A stretch of 64,000 nt of DNA from Verrucomicrobiota bacterium. Lineage in GTDB: Bacteria > Verrucomicrobiota > Verrucomicrobiia > Limisphaerales > AAA164-E04. The position numbers were made by a program, and so were the translations under genes. The notes under the pieces were generated by a model. It was not told the origin of the DNA and did no database searches. It worked only from the letters and a program-made list of their open reading frames with translations. The stretch spans positions 2,944,001 through 3,008,000 of the forward strand of contig CP170459.1 in the NCBI GenBank assembly GCA_047947115.1. Direction: 5' to 3'. Shown here piece after piece: positions 9,399-19,837 of this stretch. Each line of letters opens with the position of its first letter. The stretch's first letter is position 1.

Positions 9399-12300
9399 AT
9401 GAAAACCTATTCGCGCTTGGTGGCTTGTGTTCGTGCATCCTTTCGCTCCTGGTCGAGTTCTGTGGAGTGGATTTGTTTGGCGGTGTCTTCTTTGTTTGAA
9501 AGCTGTGTCGAGAATGTACGATATTTTTGTTCTCGTGTAACAGGGCTTGTCAGTGAAACTAATGCGTTGTGTTCCGGCTGGAAGCGTGTTTTGGGCAGGT
9601 TTGGCTGGAGTTTGGTGGCCGCACTCTTCATGGCTCCGATGCTGTTGTTGGGTGAGAGCGAACCTAATGATGTGCTCGGGGATTCGAATGTTCTGCCTCT
9701 TAACGGTCAAATGTCCGGACAGATCCAAAGCCCGGGGGAATATGACTGGTATCGAATCACTTGCCCTGATCCCGGGCGCCTGGAACTGAGATCCGTCAAT
9801 CCGCCGTCCAATCTGCGTGTTGAAATGGCAATGTTTGGCCGCCATGCTCAGTGGATCAGTGTTTACAGGTCTGCGGTCAATCCTGGGGATGATGTTTTTT
9901 TGTCTCTGGATATTGTCGAACCGGGGAGCTATTTCGTCCGATTCCGTGATATGAACAATGCAGTCTCTGAGGGCGATTATACCTTGTTCAATACTTTTAC
10001 TCCTGTTGTGGATCCGAATGAACCCAATGGTGACCTGGGGTATGCGACTCTCGTGGATTCTCGTTCCATGCGTGGGATGATCTTTTCGGGCAATGATTAT
10101 GATTTCTTTCGTCTGTATGTGGAGGAGAACTCGACGGTTGGGTTTACTTTGGAATCGCCGGATGCAATGAGGGGCGAACTGGCCCTCTATGATGAGCATT
10201 ATGGTTGGATGAGCGTTTACACTTCCGCGGTGAATGATGGGGATACGGTATTTCTGGAGCATCAGGTGAATCATTCCGCCTTTTACTACCTGCGTGTCCG
10301 GGACGTACACGGTCGTTCGCACTTGGATGCGTATTCGCTTTCCGTCAGCGGTGGTCGTGTCGGGTTTGTTCCAGCGGAATCCCCAGCCACAACAGAAAAG
10401 GAGAGCAATGACGATTCCGGCCATGCGAATCTCATCGGGATCCAGCAGACGGTTTCCGGGACAATCGGGGATGCGGGTGATATGGATTGGTTTGCTTTTG
10501 ATGTAACTGAACCCAATCAAATGACTTTGTCCATGGACACCTCGTCGGACGAGTTTCTATTGAGAGCCGAGTTCTTTAATCCTTCCAAAGGGCATCTGTT
10601 GACCGGACAGTCGGGGCATCCTGGTGATCCGTTTTCCATGACCTACGACTTTCTTCAGCCTGGCAGGTATCTTCTGCGAGTGAGAAGTTTGAACAACGCT
10701 TTTAATGACACACCCTACCGATTTTCTACGTCTGTGCTTCCTGTGGTTGATCCTTATGAGCCCAACGGCGACTACGGCGATGCGACACCTTTGAGTCAGA
10801 TCAACCAGGTGCAGGGCTTTCTGTTTCCTACAGGGGATCATGATTGGTTCCGGGTTCAAGTGGCAGAGCCGGGAACCTTGACGGCGATCGTCAGTGGTTT
10901 GCCTTCCAACATCACACCTTCCATTGATTTCTTCAATTTGTCCAAAGAACATCGAGCCGGCCGATCGGGAGCCGCCGGTGTGGATTTGCGTGTTTCCTAT
11001 GAAGTGGGAGAACCGGGCACATACCTGGTGCGCATGCGTGACAACGGGGACAATGATGAATCCACACAACCATATACCCTGACCCTGTTGGGCGCATCTT
11101 TTGAATCCTACGCTCCGGTGGCGCGGATTCAGTCTATTGATCCCGGCGCCATCGTCGTTGGAGATGAGATTTCCTTTGAGGGAGTCGGGAGTGATATTGA
11201 CGGATCGATATCGGGGTATGAATGGAGATCCAGCATTGACGGCGTATTGAGTGATCAAGCTACGTTCCGCACCGACAGTTTGTCCGTGGGTACCCATGAT
11301 ATATATTTCAGAGTGTTGGATAATCAAGGCATCTGGTCAACCCAGGTCGGAGAGCTGGTCTATGTTGGCAGCAGCATCTCCGAGGAAATTGAACCGAACG
11401 GCAGTTTCTTTGAAGCGAATGAATTTGCCTTGGAACGTCCTTTGACGGGCAAAGTGGAAGAACGAGGGGAAAATGATTTCTACAAGGTTTATGTGCCGGG
11501 CGCCGGACACCTGCGGGTAGAGTTGACGAATGTGCCGGTGGACCTGCGCATGGAGCTGGCCCTTTTCAACCGTTACTGGGATTGGGTCTCCGTTTCCAAC
11601 ATGGCAACCGAGGCCGGAGACGATGTGGGCGTGAGTATGGATATCACCGAGCCCGGATTGGTTTATGTCCGGTTGAGGGATGTTCAGAGTGTGACGAATG
11701 CTGATTTTACGTACACACTGGCAGCCTATTTCGAGGCCGCTCCCGACGTGTTTGAGCCCAATGGTTCTTTGTTGCAGGCACCGGTATTGCCGAGTGCTCA
11801 AGTGGAGGCCTACCTCTTTCCATCGGGCGACTATGACTGGTACCGAGTTTGGGTGGAACAGGGGCAGACGCTGGTGGCCGAAGTGAATGCGTTGCCGTCC
11901 AATGTGCGGGCGGAAGTGGCTTTATATGGTCGGAACCGCGAATGGCTCAGCCGTTACCAATCCTCAACCAATCCAGGAGACTCGGTGGTTCAGCAAATCG
12001 ATGTCACACAATCCGGTTTTTATTTCATACGCGTGCGTGCGATGGACGGGCGAAATTGGACCGATACCTATACGTTGAATGTTTCGGGTGGGATGCCGGG
12101 GTTTGTGCCGACGCTGATTCCTGTCCAGGAGGAAACAGAATCCAATAATGACATTGCAGACAGCAATTTTGTGTCCTTGGGCAATGTGGTTTCCGGCTCC
12201 ATGGAGCAACGGAACGATGAAGATTGGTTTGCATTTGATCTGCCAAGCCCGGGTTTGCTGGAGGTATCCGTGGATCAAATGCCAGCCGATATGCGTGGAC

Positions 12301-15300
12301 GCGTGCAGCTTTTTCAGGACGACAGGTCGCATGTGGCCACGCGGCAGGCCACCAATGCGGGGGATCCGCTCTTGATGGAGGTTCGAATGACAGTTCCGGG
12401 TCGTTATTACGTTCGAGTGGATCACGTGGGAGGCGATTTTTCAACGCCGCGTCCCTATGTTCTTGGGTTGTCATCCACTCCGATTGTTGACGTGTATGAA
12501 CCCAACCATGAGTTTCAGGATGCCACCCTGATCACCCAGCAGAACCGGGTGCAGGGATACATGTTTGATGTGGGGGATTTCGATTGGTATCGGGTTCGGA
12601 CGCAGGAGGGGAACACCTTGAGAATCACCGTGGGCGATGTGCCTTCCGAGATACGGCCGCAGATAGAATTGTTCGATTTTCATGAGGGGCACAAAGCGAC
12701 CAAACGCGCCACCAATGAAGGGCAGTCCATCACCTTGGAATATGTTGTTCCTGCGACGGGTGAGTATTCCATTCGCATTCGGGATGTGGGGGACAACAAT
12801 TTTTCAGCATCGCCTTACACGTTGTTGATTGATGGAGCCACCTTTGAATCCTATGTACCGATGGCGTTTATCGACGAGATGATTCCGAATCCCGCTGGGG
12901 AAGGGGAAATGGTTCAGTTTGTCGGGCATGGAGAAGATGCCGACGGATCGATCATTGGTTATGAATGGCGATCTTCGGTGGATGGTGTGTTCAGTATTTC
13001 TCAAAACGCCACATCGGAGGGGTTGAGCACGGGGGTGCATGAAATATTCTTCAAAGTCAAAGACAACCATCAAAACTGGTCCCCTGAGACTTCCGAAATT
13101 CTTTTCCTCGGTGTGCCGGCGCCTCAGGAAGAAGAACCCAATGACATCGCGGGTTCGGCGACCCTGATGGAGCTCGACCGTCAGTACAAAGGGCGCATTG
13201 ATCGAAATGGAGATTATGACTGGTATCGGATTCCTGTCACCGGGCCGGGAACCCTGGTGCTCCAACTGGTGAATCCCTCCGACGTCAAAATGCGCGCCGA
13301 ACTGGCCATGTACTCGCCGGATTTGGGCTGGGCCGGTGTGAGCACCACGGCGGACAATGAAGGGGACTCATTAACCCTTCGGTGGGATCTCAACGAGGCG
13401 GCAGATTATTTCCTGCGATTGAGAGATGTGCATAATCGTGTGGATGCCGAATACACACTTTCGGCCCATGTGGATTTGGTGCCGGACCCGTTCGAACCAA
13501 ACCACAACTTCACCACAGCTTCTCCGATCGGGACGGACGATGTCCTGGAAGCCTACATTTATCCGCGTGATGATCATGACTGGTACGAGGTGACCTTTGA
13601 GACACCAGGAACCTTTCATGCTTCGTTGACGTCCGTTCCGGAATCGATGCGAATCGAGATCGCCATGTATGGTCCGGATCTTAACTGGTTGAGTGTTTAT
13701 TCCAGCGGAGGAAACCCCGGTGACAATGTGTTTCGCGACTATGACGTGTCCCAGCCGGGAACCTACTTCCTGCGTGTGCGGGATACTGCTTCAACACGGA
13801 ACACTGAAGATACTTACACCTTGACCACTTCTTTCGAACCGGTAGTGGATGTGTTTGAGCCGAACCATGACTGGTGGCATGCTTCCCGGATAACCCAGAG
13901 TCCGGTTCAGGCTTATATCTTTCCCGGAGGAGACTATGATCATTACCGATTGTATGCGCCGGGTGGCGGTCCGTTGGATGTTTCCATTGAGCAGGCACCG
14001 AGTCATATGCGTATGGAACTGTCCCTTTATGACACGCATTACAATTGGATGTCTGTTTACAAAAGCGCGGCTGCTGAAGGCGATCCGGTGGCTTTGCATC
14101 TCGATGAAGCCAGCGGATATTATTATCTGAGAGTGCGCGAGGTCGATAATGACCGGTCGCCGGTTGAGCCTTATCAACTCAGTATTCAGGGGGCGGTTCT
14201 GGATCATGTCACTTCAACAGAACCCATGGAGACAGAAACAGAACCGAATGATCGATTCGCGTTCGCAACGGTCATTCAGATGGGGGAAGTCACCGGTCTT
14301 TACCAAGGCAATGAAGACTGGTTTCAATTCGAAGTCACGACACCGGGCGAGTTGGCGGTGGAATTGTTGTCCCCCGAAACCAACCGGGCACAATTGAATC
14401 TGTATGATCGAAATGCCCAGCATCTGATTGGCAGGGATTCTGAAAACAAAGGTGATCCGTCCAGATTGGTGTATCCCATTTCAAGGCCGGGTTGGTATGC
14501 GCTGCGCGTGTTGGACGCGGACGGCGCGACAAGCGATGAACCGTATCAACTCAGTGTGGTGCTCCATCCTGATCCGGATACACACGAACCCAATCCATCC
14601 TATTCGACCGCTGAACCCCTGGCGCTCAATGTGCCCGCAGTGGGGAATATTTTCCCAACCGGAGATCAGGACTGGTATCAATTCGAAACGACTGAAACCG
14701 GCACTGTCCAATTCACGGTGCTGAACGAATCGACCCATGTTCAAACATCCTTGTATGTCTACAATGAGGAACTTGTTCAATTGCTGAGGTATGATGCTTT
14801 GCACATTCAGCAACCCGTTGAGACGTCTCTTTGGCTCGAAACACCGGGTTTGTATTGGGTGAGAATTACGGATCGAGCGGATAATGCCTATTCGCTGCAG
14901 TCTTATACGTTGACGGCGCGGTTCGCCCCGGAAGTCGACGTGTTTGAGCCGAATGATCGTTTCAGGGATGCAACCGATATCGCTGAGATCAACCAGATCA
15001 AGGCGATCATTTATCCCGCCAACGATTGGGATTGGTATCGGTTTGATGTGGCGGAGGCCGGACGGATTCGTCTGCAGGTTTCACAGCCTGGTGGTATCCA
15101 GCCCGATATCCGGTTATATGACGACAGCGCTTCACAACTTGCTCGTGTGGCGGCGCGCAATACGGGCGAAACGGTCCTGTTGGTCTATGATATCTCCATA
15201 CCGGATACTTATTATGTAGCGGTCAGGGATGACGATGAAGCGCGCGTCAGTACAGAGCCTTATGTTCTTACTTTGGAAGGAGTTGCCACGCTTCACAGCG

Positions 15301-18300
15301 CACCCATGGCCGAGCCGCAGTTTGATCTCTCTCCCAACCCCGTCAGGGTGGGGCATCCCGTGACGTTATCTGGTGAAGGCAGCGCCATCGGGGGCTCCAT
15401 TGTGGATTACGAGTGGACATCCAATTTGGACGGTGTTCTTGGCCGGTCAGCTTCCCTGACGGTTCAGGAATTGCAGCAGGGGATTCACTCCATTGGATTG
15501 CGCGTTCGAGACAGTCAGGGCACATGGTCCGGGCGAGTGGATCAAAACCTGGTTGTCGCGTCCGATATATGGAGCGAATCGGAATACAACAATTCCTGGG
15601 AAACAGCGTACTCCATTCCATTGAACACTTGGGTGACAGGTCACATTGCGCCTCGTGGGGAGTATGATTTTTATCAAATCTACGTTGAACAATGTGGATT
15701 GGTGCGCATTTTGTTGGATGCGGTTCCATATAACCTGCGTCCTGAAATTGCCATGTTTGGTCCAAAGGGGGAATGGTTGGGGATCAGCTCATTACCACCT
15801 AATGCGGGTGAATGGGCGGATGTTGCCTGGTATGCGACCCCCGGTTATTACCACATCCGGATACGCGACGTGAACAATGCCACTCATGTGAACCCTTATG
15901 CACTCAAGGCCTTTTTCGATCCGGCCGGTGATCGGTTCGAGCCCAATGGATCATTCTCGCAGGCCACGCCGATAGGGGTGGATCAGATGGTGGAAAATCT
16001 GACGATTTGTCCAAGGGATGACCAGGATTGGTTTCGCATTGACGCGACTGAAGCCGGTCGATTGACCATGAAAGTCGTCGATCCACCGGAAGGGATGCGT
16101 TCCGAGATGGCGATGTACAATCGTGATTTTGGCTGGATGAGTGTTTATCACAGCGCGCTCAATGCCGGGGAACCGATAGATATGAGCTACGACATCACCG
16201 AACCCGGAACCTACTTTGTCCGGGTGCGGGATTTGAACAGCGGAGGGCATACCGAAAGTTATGCGTTTCAAACAGAATTCACCCCTGTGGTGGATCCGTA
16301 TGAGCCCAACGGTGGACACGGAGTCGCTACCTTGTTGAAGGCATCGACCGTTCAGGCTTATATTTTCCGTGGGGGGGATGAGGATTGGTATCGTGTCTAT
16401 GCTCAGGAAGGCTCGCTCATACGTTGTTCCGCTTCCGCCGTGCCTGAATCACAGAGGACGGAACTGGCCCTCTACGGTGTTGAACGGCAGTGGCTGAGTG
16501 TTTACAACCAGGCCAATCATTCCGGTGACACGGTTCACCTGAATTATACGGTTCCCAGAACAGGGTTCTACTATCTGCGTGTGCGGGATACCAATGGAGG
16601 ATCGCATTTGGCACCCTACACCTTGACGGTGGAAGGGGATTTGGAATATGGATTCGAGCCTGAGTTTGCACCGGTCATCACCGAAACGGAAGACAACAGC
16701 GAGTGGTCCACCTCCAATGACATCGCCTTGGATACGATGGTCTCTGGAGCTGTAGAATCGAATGGTGATGCCGACAGGTATCGGTTCTGGATCAATGCAC
16801 CCGGCATCCTGCAGATTGAACACACACAGGTGCAGGAAGCCATCACTTCGGAAATCTGGGTTTACAACCCTCATTTCAATCAGATTGCCTATCGAACCAC
16901 CACCAATCCGGGGGAGGACAACCTGCTGGAAGTGGCCCTGACCGAGCCAGGTTGGTATTATCTGCGCCTCGCAGATCGGGGCAATAACCACTCATCGCCC
17001 GATCCATATCAGTTGAGGCTGAACCATACACCGGTCGTGGACGAGCACGAATACAATGATGGTTTGGGAGCAGCGACGCCGCTGGGTGAGGCAACTATTC
17101 AGGGATACCTCTTCTCCGGAGACGACGTTGATTGGTATCGGGTTTACGTAAGAGAACCTTCCACCTTGTCAGTTTCTCTTGTTGAAGTTTCGGATGTGAA
17201 CCGGCCTCGGTTGCGGATCTATGATTCCGATGGGGGAGAGCGTGGGAACTGGGTGAATACCAACGCGGGTGTGACAGGAGAAAACGTGATTGTTTATGAA
17301 GCCGTCACACCCGGTTTCTATTACGTACGCGTGAATGACGAGGATCGACGTTACTCTGCCGATCCTTATTCCATTCGAATTGAAGGAGCCGATTTTTCAC
17401 GCGCACCTTCATTGGATGCCATTGGCGATCAAGTCATCGAAGCCATGATTCCTTATGCGCTTCGCGTTTCAGCCAAGGATCCAGATAATCCGGAAGCCTT
17501 GGTCTATTCAGCAACCAATCTGCCTCCAGGCGCTCGCTTTGATCCGGTAACCAGACTGTTGGAGTGGACCCCTTTGTTCAATCAAGCGGGAACCTATTCG
17601 GGTGTGACGTTCGAAGTGAGTGATGGTGATTTTTCCGATAGTGAAAGCATCACTCTCACAGTGGAAACACATAACCTGGCACCCGTGCTGGATCGGGTCG
17701 GCTACCGGAATATTCTGGTGGAATCGGAATTCAGATTGACCTTGTCGGCGATCGATCCGAACCCCGGAGACACACTTGCCTATTCCGCTGAAAACCTGCC
17801 GCGAGATGCGGTGTTTGACACAGACACGGCGACTTTTGTTTGGACGCCTTCCACAAATCAGTTGGGTGAACACGGCAATATTTTGTTTGTTGTGACCGAT
17901 GGTGTTCGATCCGATTTCGAGTATGTCACCCTGAATGTGGTGGAAGAACTCGAGCCGGAGGATCCTCGGGATGTGTGGTGGGCGACCCACTTCACCGAAT
18001 CCGAACTGTCTGATCCAAATGTGAGCGGGATGGATGCCGATCCAGACGGAGATGGCATGACAAACGGACAGGAACTGGAAGCGGATACGAATCCAAAAGA
18101 CCCTCATTCGTTGCTGCAGATTTTTGGATTTGCATCTGACGGTGAAAACCTCGAGATAAGCTGGCGGGGTGGTCGTGATTCCATTCAGTATCTGCAATTC
18201 CGAAGCAGATGGGATGCGGATTCCGAGTGGCAAACCATTCATACCTTTGAACCACCGACCGCCATTGAAAACAGTGCGACGGATGATCACTTGGAAGGGA

Positions 18301-18338
18301 TGGAGAGATACTATCGTATTCTGGCCGAAAGGCCGTAG
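9399..18338 (+). CDS. Giant secreted repeat protein: 19 PPC-like (E-x-E-P-N) repeats, 3 PKD-like domains, 2 putative Ig (He_PIG) domains, DxDGDG motif and terminal YYR module
   Basis: 2979-aa ORF; repeats of EPN...G.I...GD.DWY...G.Y(Y/F)(L/V)R(V/I)RD...Y.L; three G.G.D.DG.I..YEW.S.(I/V/L)DGV units; YSATNLPPGARFDP..L.WTP; DADPDGDGMTNGQE. True start may lie downstream of 9399. Confidence 0.88.
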   Translation: MKTYSRLVACVRASFRSWSSSVEWICLAVSSLFESCVENVRYFCSRVTGLVSETNALCSGWKRVLGRFGWSLVAALFMAPMLLLGESEPNDVLGDSNVLPLNGQMSGQIQSPGEYDWYRITCPDPGRLELRSVNPPSNLRVEMAMFGRHAQWISVYRSAVNPGDDVFLSLDIVEPGSYFVRFRDMNNAVSEGDYTLFNTFTPVVDPNEPNGDLGYATLVDSRSMRGMIFSGNDYDFFRLYVEENSTVGFTLESPDAMRGELALYDEHYGWMSVYTSAVNDGDTVFLEHQVNHSAFYYLRVRDVHGRSHLDAYSLSVSGGRVGFVPAESPATTEKESNDDSGHANLIGIQQTVSGTIGDAGDMDWFAFDVTEPNQMTLSMDTSSDEFLLRAEFFNPSKGHLLTGQSGHPGDPFSMTYDFLQPGRYLLRVRSLNNAFNDTPYRFSTSVLPVVDPYEPNGDYGDATPLSQINQVQGFLFPTGDHDWFRVQVAEPGTLTAIVSGLPSNITPSIDFFNLSKEHRAGRSGAAGVDLRVSYEVGEPGTYLVRMRDNGDNDESTQPYTLTLLGASFESYAPVARIQSIDPGAIVVGDEISFEGVGSDIDGSISGYEWRSSIDGVLSDQATFRTDSLSVGTHDIYFRVLDNQGIWSTQVGELVYVGSSISEEIEPNGSFFEANEFALERPLTGKVEERGENDFYKVYVPGAGHLRVELTNVPVDLRMELALFNRYWDWVSVSNMATEAGDDVGVSMDITEPGLVYVRLRDVQSVTNADFTYTLAAYFEAAPDVFEPNGSLLQAPVLPSAQVEAYLFPSGDYDWYRVWVEQGQTLVAEVNALPSNVRAEVALYGRNREWLSRYQSSTNPGDSVVQQIDVTQSGFYFIRVRAMDGRNWTDTYTLNVSGGMPGFVPTLIPVQEETESNNDIADSNFVSLGNVVSGSMEQRNDEDWFAFDLPSPGLLEVSVDQMPADMRGRVQLFQDDRSHVATRQATNAGDPLLMEVRMTVPGRYYVRVDHVGGDFSTPRPYVLGLSSTPIVDVYEPNHEFQDATLITQQNRVQGYMFDVGDFDWYRVRTQEGNTLRITVGDVPSEIRPQIELFDFHEGHKATKRATNEGQSITLEYVVPATGEYSIRIRDVGDNNFSASPYTLLIDGATFESYVPMAFIDEMIPNPAGEGEMVQFVGHGEDADGSIIGYEWRSSVDGVFSISQNATSEGLSTGVHEIFFKVKDNHQNWSPETSEILFLGVPAPQEEEPNDIAGSATLMELDRQYKGRIDRNGDYDWYRIPVTGPGTLVLQLVNPSDVKMRAELAMYSPDLGWAGVSTTADNEGDSLTLRWDLNEAADYFLRLRDVHNRVDAEYTLSAHVDLVPDPFEPNHNFTTASPIGTDDVLEAYIYPRDDHDWYEVTFETPGTFHASLTSVPESMRIEIAMYGPDLNWLSVYSSGGNPGDNVFRDYDVSQPGTYFLRVRDTASTRNTEDTYTLTTSFEPVVDVFEPNHDWWHASRITQSPVQAYIFPGGDYDHYRLYAPGGGPLDVSIEQAPSHMRMELSLYDTHYNWMSVYKSAAAEGDPVALHLDEASGYYYLRVREVDNDRSPVEPYQLSIQGAVLDHVTSTEPMETETEPNDRFAFATVIQMGEVTGLYQGNEDWFQFEVTTPGELAVELLSPETNRAQLNLYDRNAQHLIGRDSENKGDPSRLVYPISRPGWYALRVLDADGATSDEPYQLSVVLHPDPDTHEPNPSYSTAEPLALNVPAVGNIFPTGDQDWYQFETTETGTVQFTVLNESTHVQTSLYVYNEELVQLLRYDALHIQQPVETSLWLETPGLYWVRITDRADNAYSLQSYTLTARFAPEVDVFEPNDRFRDATDIAEINQIKAIIYPANDWDWYRFDVAEAGRIRLQVSQPGGIQPDIRLYDDSASQLARVAARNTGETVLLVYDISIPDTYYVAVRDDDEARVSTEPYVLTLEGVATLHSAPMAEPQFDLSPNPVRVGHPVTLSGEGSAIGGSIVDYEWTSNLDGVLGRSASLTVQELQQGIHSIGLRVRDSQGTWSGRVDQNLVVASDIWSESEYNNSWETAYSIPLNTWVTGHIAPRGEYDFYQIYVEQCGLVRILLDAVPYNLRPEIAMFGPKGEWLGISSLPPNAGEWADVAWYATPGYYHIRIRDVNNATHVNPYALKAFFDPAGDRFEPNGSFSQATPIGVDQMVENLTICPRDDQDWFRIDATEAGRLTMKVVDPPEGMRSEMAMYNRDFGWMSVYHSALNAGEPIDMSYDITEPGTYFVRVRDLNSGGHTESYAFQTEFTPVVDPYEPNGGHGVATLLKASTVQAYIFRGGDEDWYRVYAQEGSLIRCSASAVPESQRTELALYGVERQWLSVYNQANHSGDTVHLNYTVPRTGFYYLRVRDTNGGSHLAPYTLTVEGDLEYGFEPEFAPVITETEDNSEWSTSNDIALDTMVSGAVESNGDADRYRFWINAPGILQIEHTQVQEAITSEIWVYNPHFNQIAYRTTTNPGEDNLLEVALTEPGWYYLRLADRGNNHSSPDPYQLRLNHTPVVDEHEYNDGLGAATPLGEATIQGYLFSGDDVDWYRVYVREPSTLSVSLVEVSDVNRPRLRIYDSDGGERGNWVNTNAGVTGENVIVYEAVTPGFYYVRVNDEDRRYSADPYSIRIEGADFSRAPSLDAIGDQVIEAMIPYALRVSAKDPDNPEALVYSATNLPPGARFDPVTRLLEWTPLFNQAGTYSGVTFEVSDGDFSDSESITLTVETHNLAPVLDRVGYRNILVESEFRLTLSAIDPNPGDTLAYSAENLPRDAVFDTDTATFVWTPSTNQLGEHGNILFVVTDGVRSDFEYVTLNVVEELEPEDPRDVWWATHFTESELSDPNVSGMDADPDGDGMTNGQELEADTNPKDPHSLLQIFGFASDGENLEISWRGGRDSIQYLQFRSRWDADSEWQTIHTFEPPTAIENSATDDHLEGMERYYRILAERP

Positions 18339-18353
18339 TTGAACCAAAGCCAC

Positions 18354-18386
18354 AAGGCCCGGGATTATTTCCCGGGCCTTTACTTT
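18354..18386 (+). terminator. Intrinsic terminator between the giant gene and the convergent sulfatase
   Basis: Perfect stem AAGGCCCGGGA-TTATT-TCCCGGGCCTT followed by TACTTT. Confidence 0.8.
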
Positions 18387-18447
18387 CCAAACGGATGATA
18401 AATCATCTCAGGCTGCTTTGTTTGAGTTAAGCCGGTTACCTGTTGGT

Positions 18448-19830
18448 TCAACGGATCGATGCCTCATCGACTTTGATCGGGAATTTTGCCCTTGAGGTAT
18501 TGAGCCATTTTTGCAGATCACTCTTTAGTTCGACGGCCTTATCGGAATGAGCGGTTGCAAGATTTTGAGTTTCTTCGATGTCATTGGCCAAATTGAAAAG
18601 CTCCACGGAATCATCGTCATAATAATGGATCAATTTGTAATCGCCTTTTCTGATCGCACTGCCCAGGCGGTTTCGTTTGTGGAAGGCGTAGTTTGGGTAA
18701 TGAAAATAGATGGCAGGTCGTTGAAGGGGTGATTCGCCTTTCAACATGGGGATCAAACTTACCCCGTCACAGACGGTTTGTTTGGGGAGAGCCACACCGG
18801 CCGCATCCAACAGTGTCGGGAATAAATCCGTACTGATCACCGGCGTGTTGGAAACGATATGTTCCTGAACTTTACCCGGCCATCGAATCATCCAAGGCAC
18901 ACGAATACCACCTTCGTAGAGGTAACCTTTGCTCGATCTCAAGGGGAGGTTTTTGAACAGGGAACCATTGTCCGATGTGAAGACAACGAGCGTGTCAGAG
19001 CGTTGTCCCGATGTGTCGATATGTTTCAACACGCGGCCAATCGCTGTGTCCATGCCTTCAATCATCGCCAGGTAGGCTGGATCATTTTTGGTTTTCTTCT
19101 TTTTATATTTTTCGATGAGATGTTCCGGTGCCTGGATGGGATAATGAACGGAGTAATTCCACCAACAAAGGAAGAAAGGTCCTTCGCGCTCCTTGTCCAA
19201 AAACGAAATGCATTCATCCGCCAGACGTTCCGGCAGGTAGTCGCCATCCTTGCGCGGAGTGATCGCCGGGATCCGATAGGGTTCGAAATAACTGGGAGGT
19301 CCCCCATAGTCGCATCCGCCCACATTGAGATTGAATCCCTGATGTTCGGGACGAAGCCTGGGTTCCAGGCGTCCTGCAGTGTCGCTTCCCTTGTGATGGG
19401 ACAAGTGCCATTTGCCGATAAATCCCGTATCATACCCGGCTTCATTCAAATACTCCGCAAGCGTTTTGTAGGCCAAACTCATGTAGGTGGTCCACTCGGC
19501 CCCCTTGAGATGTGAGTCGGGAGAAATGTAATCGGGATTACCCGGCGCGTGATTGGTGATGTGCAACCGGGCAGGGGATAGTCCCGTCATAATGGCTGCC
19601 CGCGTCGGTGTGCAAACCGGCGCGGCAGCATACCCATCGGTAAAACGTATTCCTTCGGATGCTAAGTGGTCGAGGTGTGGCGTCTCCACCTCCTGATTGC
19701 CCTGACAATGCAAATCCGCCCACCCCAGATCATCGGCCATGATCAGGACAATGTTGGGTTGTGCGGCTGACAGATTCGTTTGGATGAAACAAATTAAACC
19801 TGCCACAAGGTTCAAGCATTGGGCTCGCAT
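18448..19830 (-). CDS. Sulfatase (formylglycine-dependent, Cys type)
   Basis: PNIVLIMADDLG, CTPTRAAIMTG, GKWHL, TSDNG, YEGGIRVP; signal peptide. Confidence 0.93.
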   Translation of the reverse strand: MRAQCLNLVAGLICFIQTNLSAAQPNIVLIMADDLGWADLHCQGNQEVETPHLDHLASEGIRFTDGYAAAPVCTPTRAAIMTGLSPARLHITNHAPGNPDYISPDSHLKGAEWTTYMSLAYKTLAEYLNEAGYDTGFIGKWHLSHHKGSDTAGRLEPRLRPEHQGFNLNVGGCDYGGPPSYFEPYRIPAITPRKDGDYLPERLADECISFLDKEREGPFFLCWWNYSVHYPIQAPEHLIEKYKKKKTKNDPAYLAMIEGMDTAIGRVLKHIDTSGQRSDTLVVFTSDNGSLFKNLPLRSSKGYLYEGGIRVPWMIRWPGKVQEHIVSNTPVISTDLFPTLLDAAGVALPKQTVCDGVSLIPMLKGESPLQRPAIYFHYPNYAFHKRNRLGSAIRKGDYKLIHYYDDDSVELFNLANDIEETQNLATAHSDKAVELKSDLQKWLNTSRAKFPIKVDEASIR

Positions 19831-19837
19831 AAAGGGG

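Noticed and set aside
9399..18338. Diversity-generating retroelement or recombinational shuffling in the repeats
   Set aside because: Repeats are diverged at the DNA level, no near-identical TR/VR pair was seen and there is no reverse transcriptase or recombinase
9381..18353. Long antisense ORFs (379, 256, 281 aa and others) opposite the giant gene
   Set aside because: Shadow frames of a codon-biased repeat gene with no recognisable motifs
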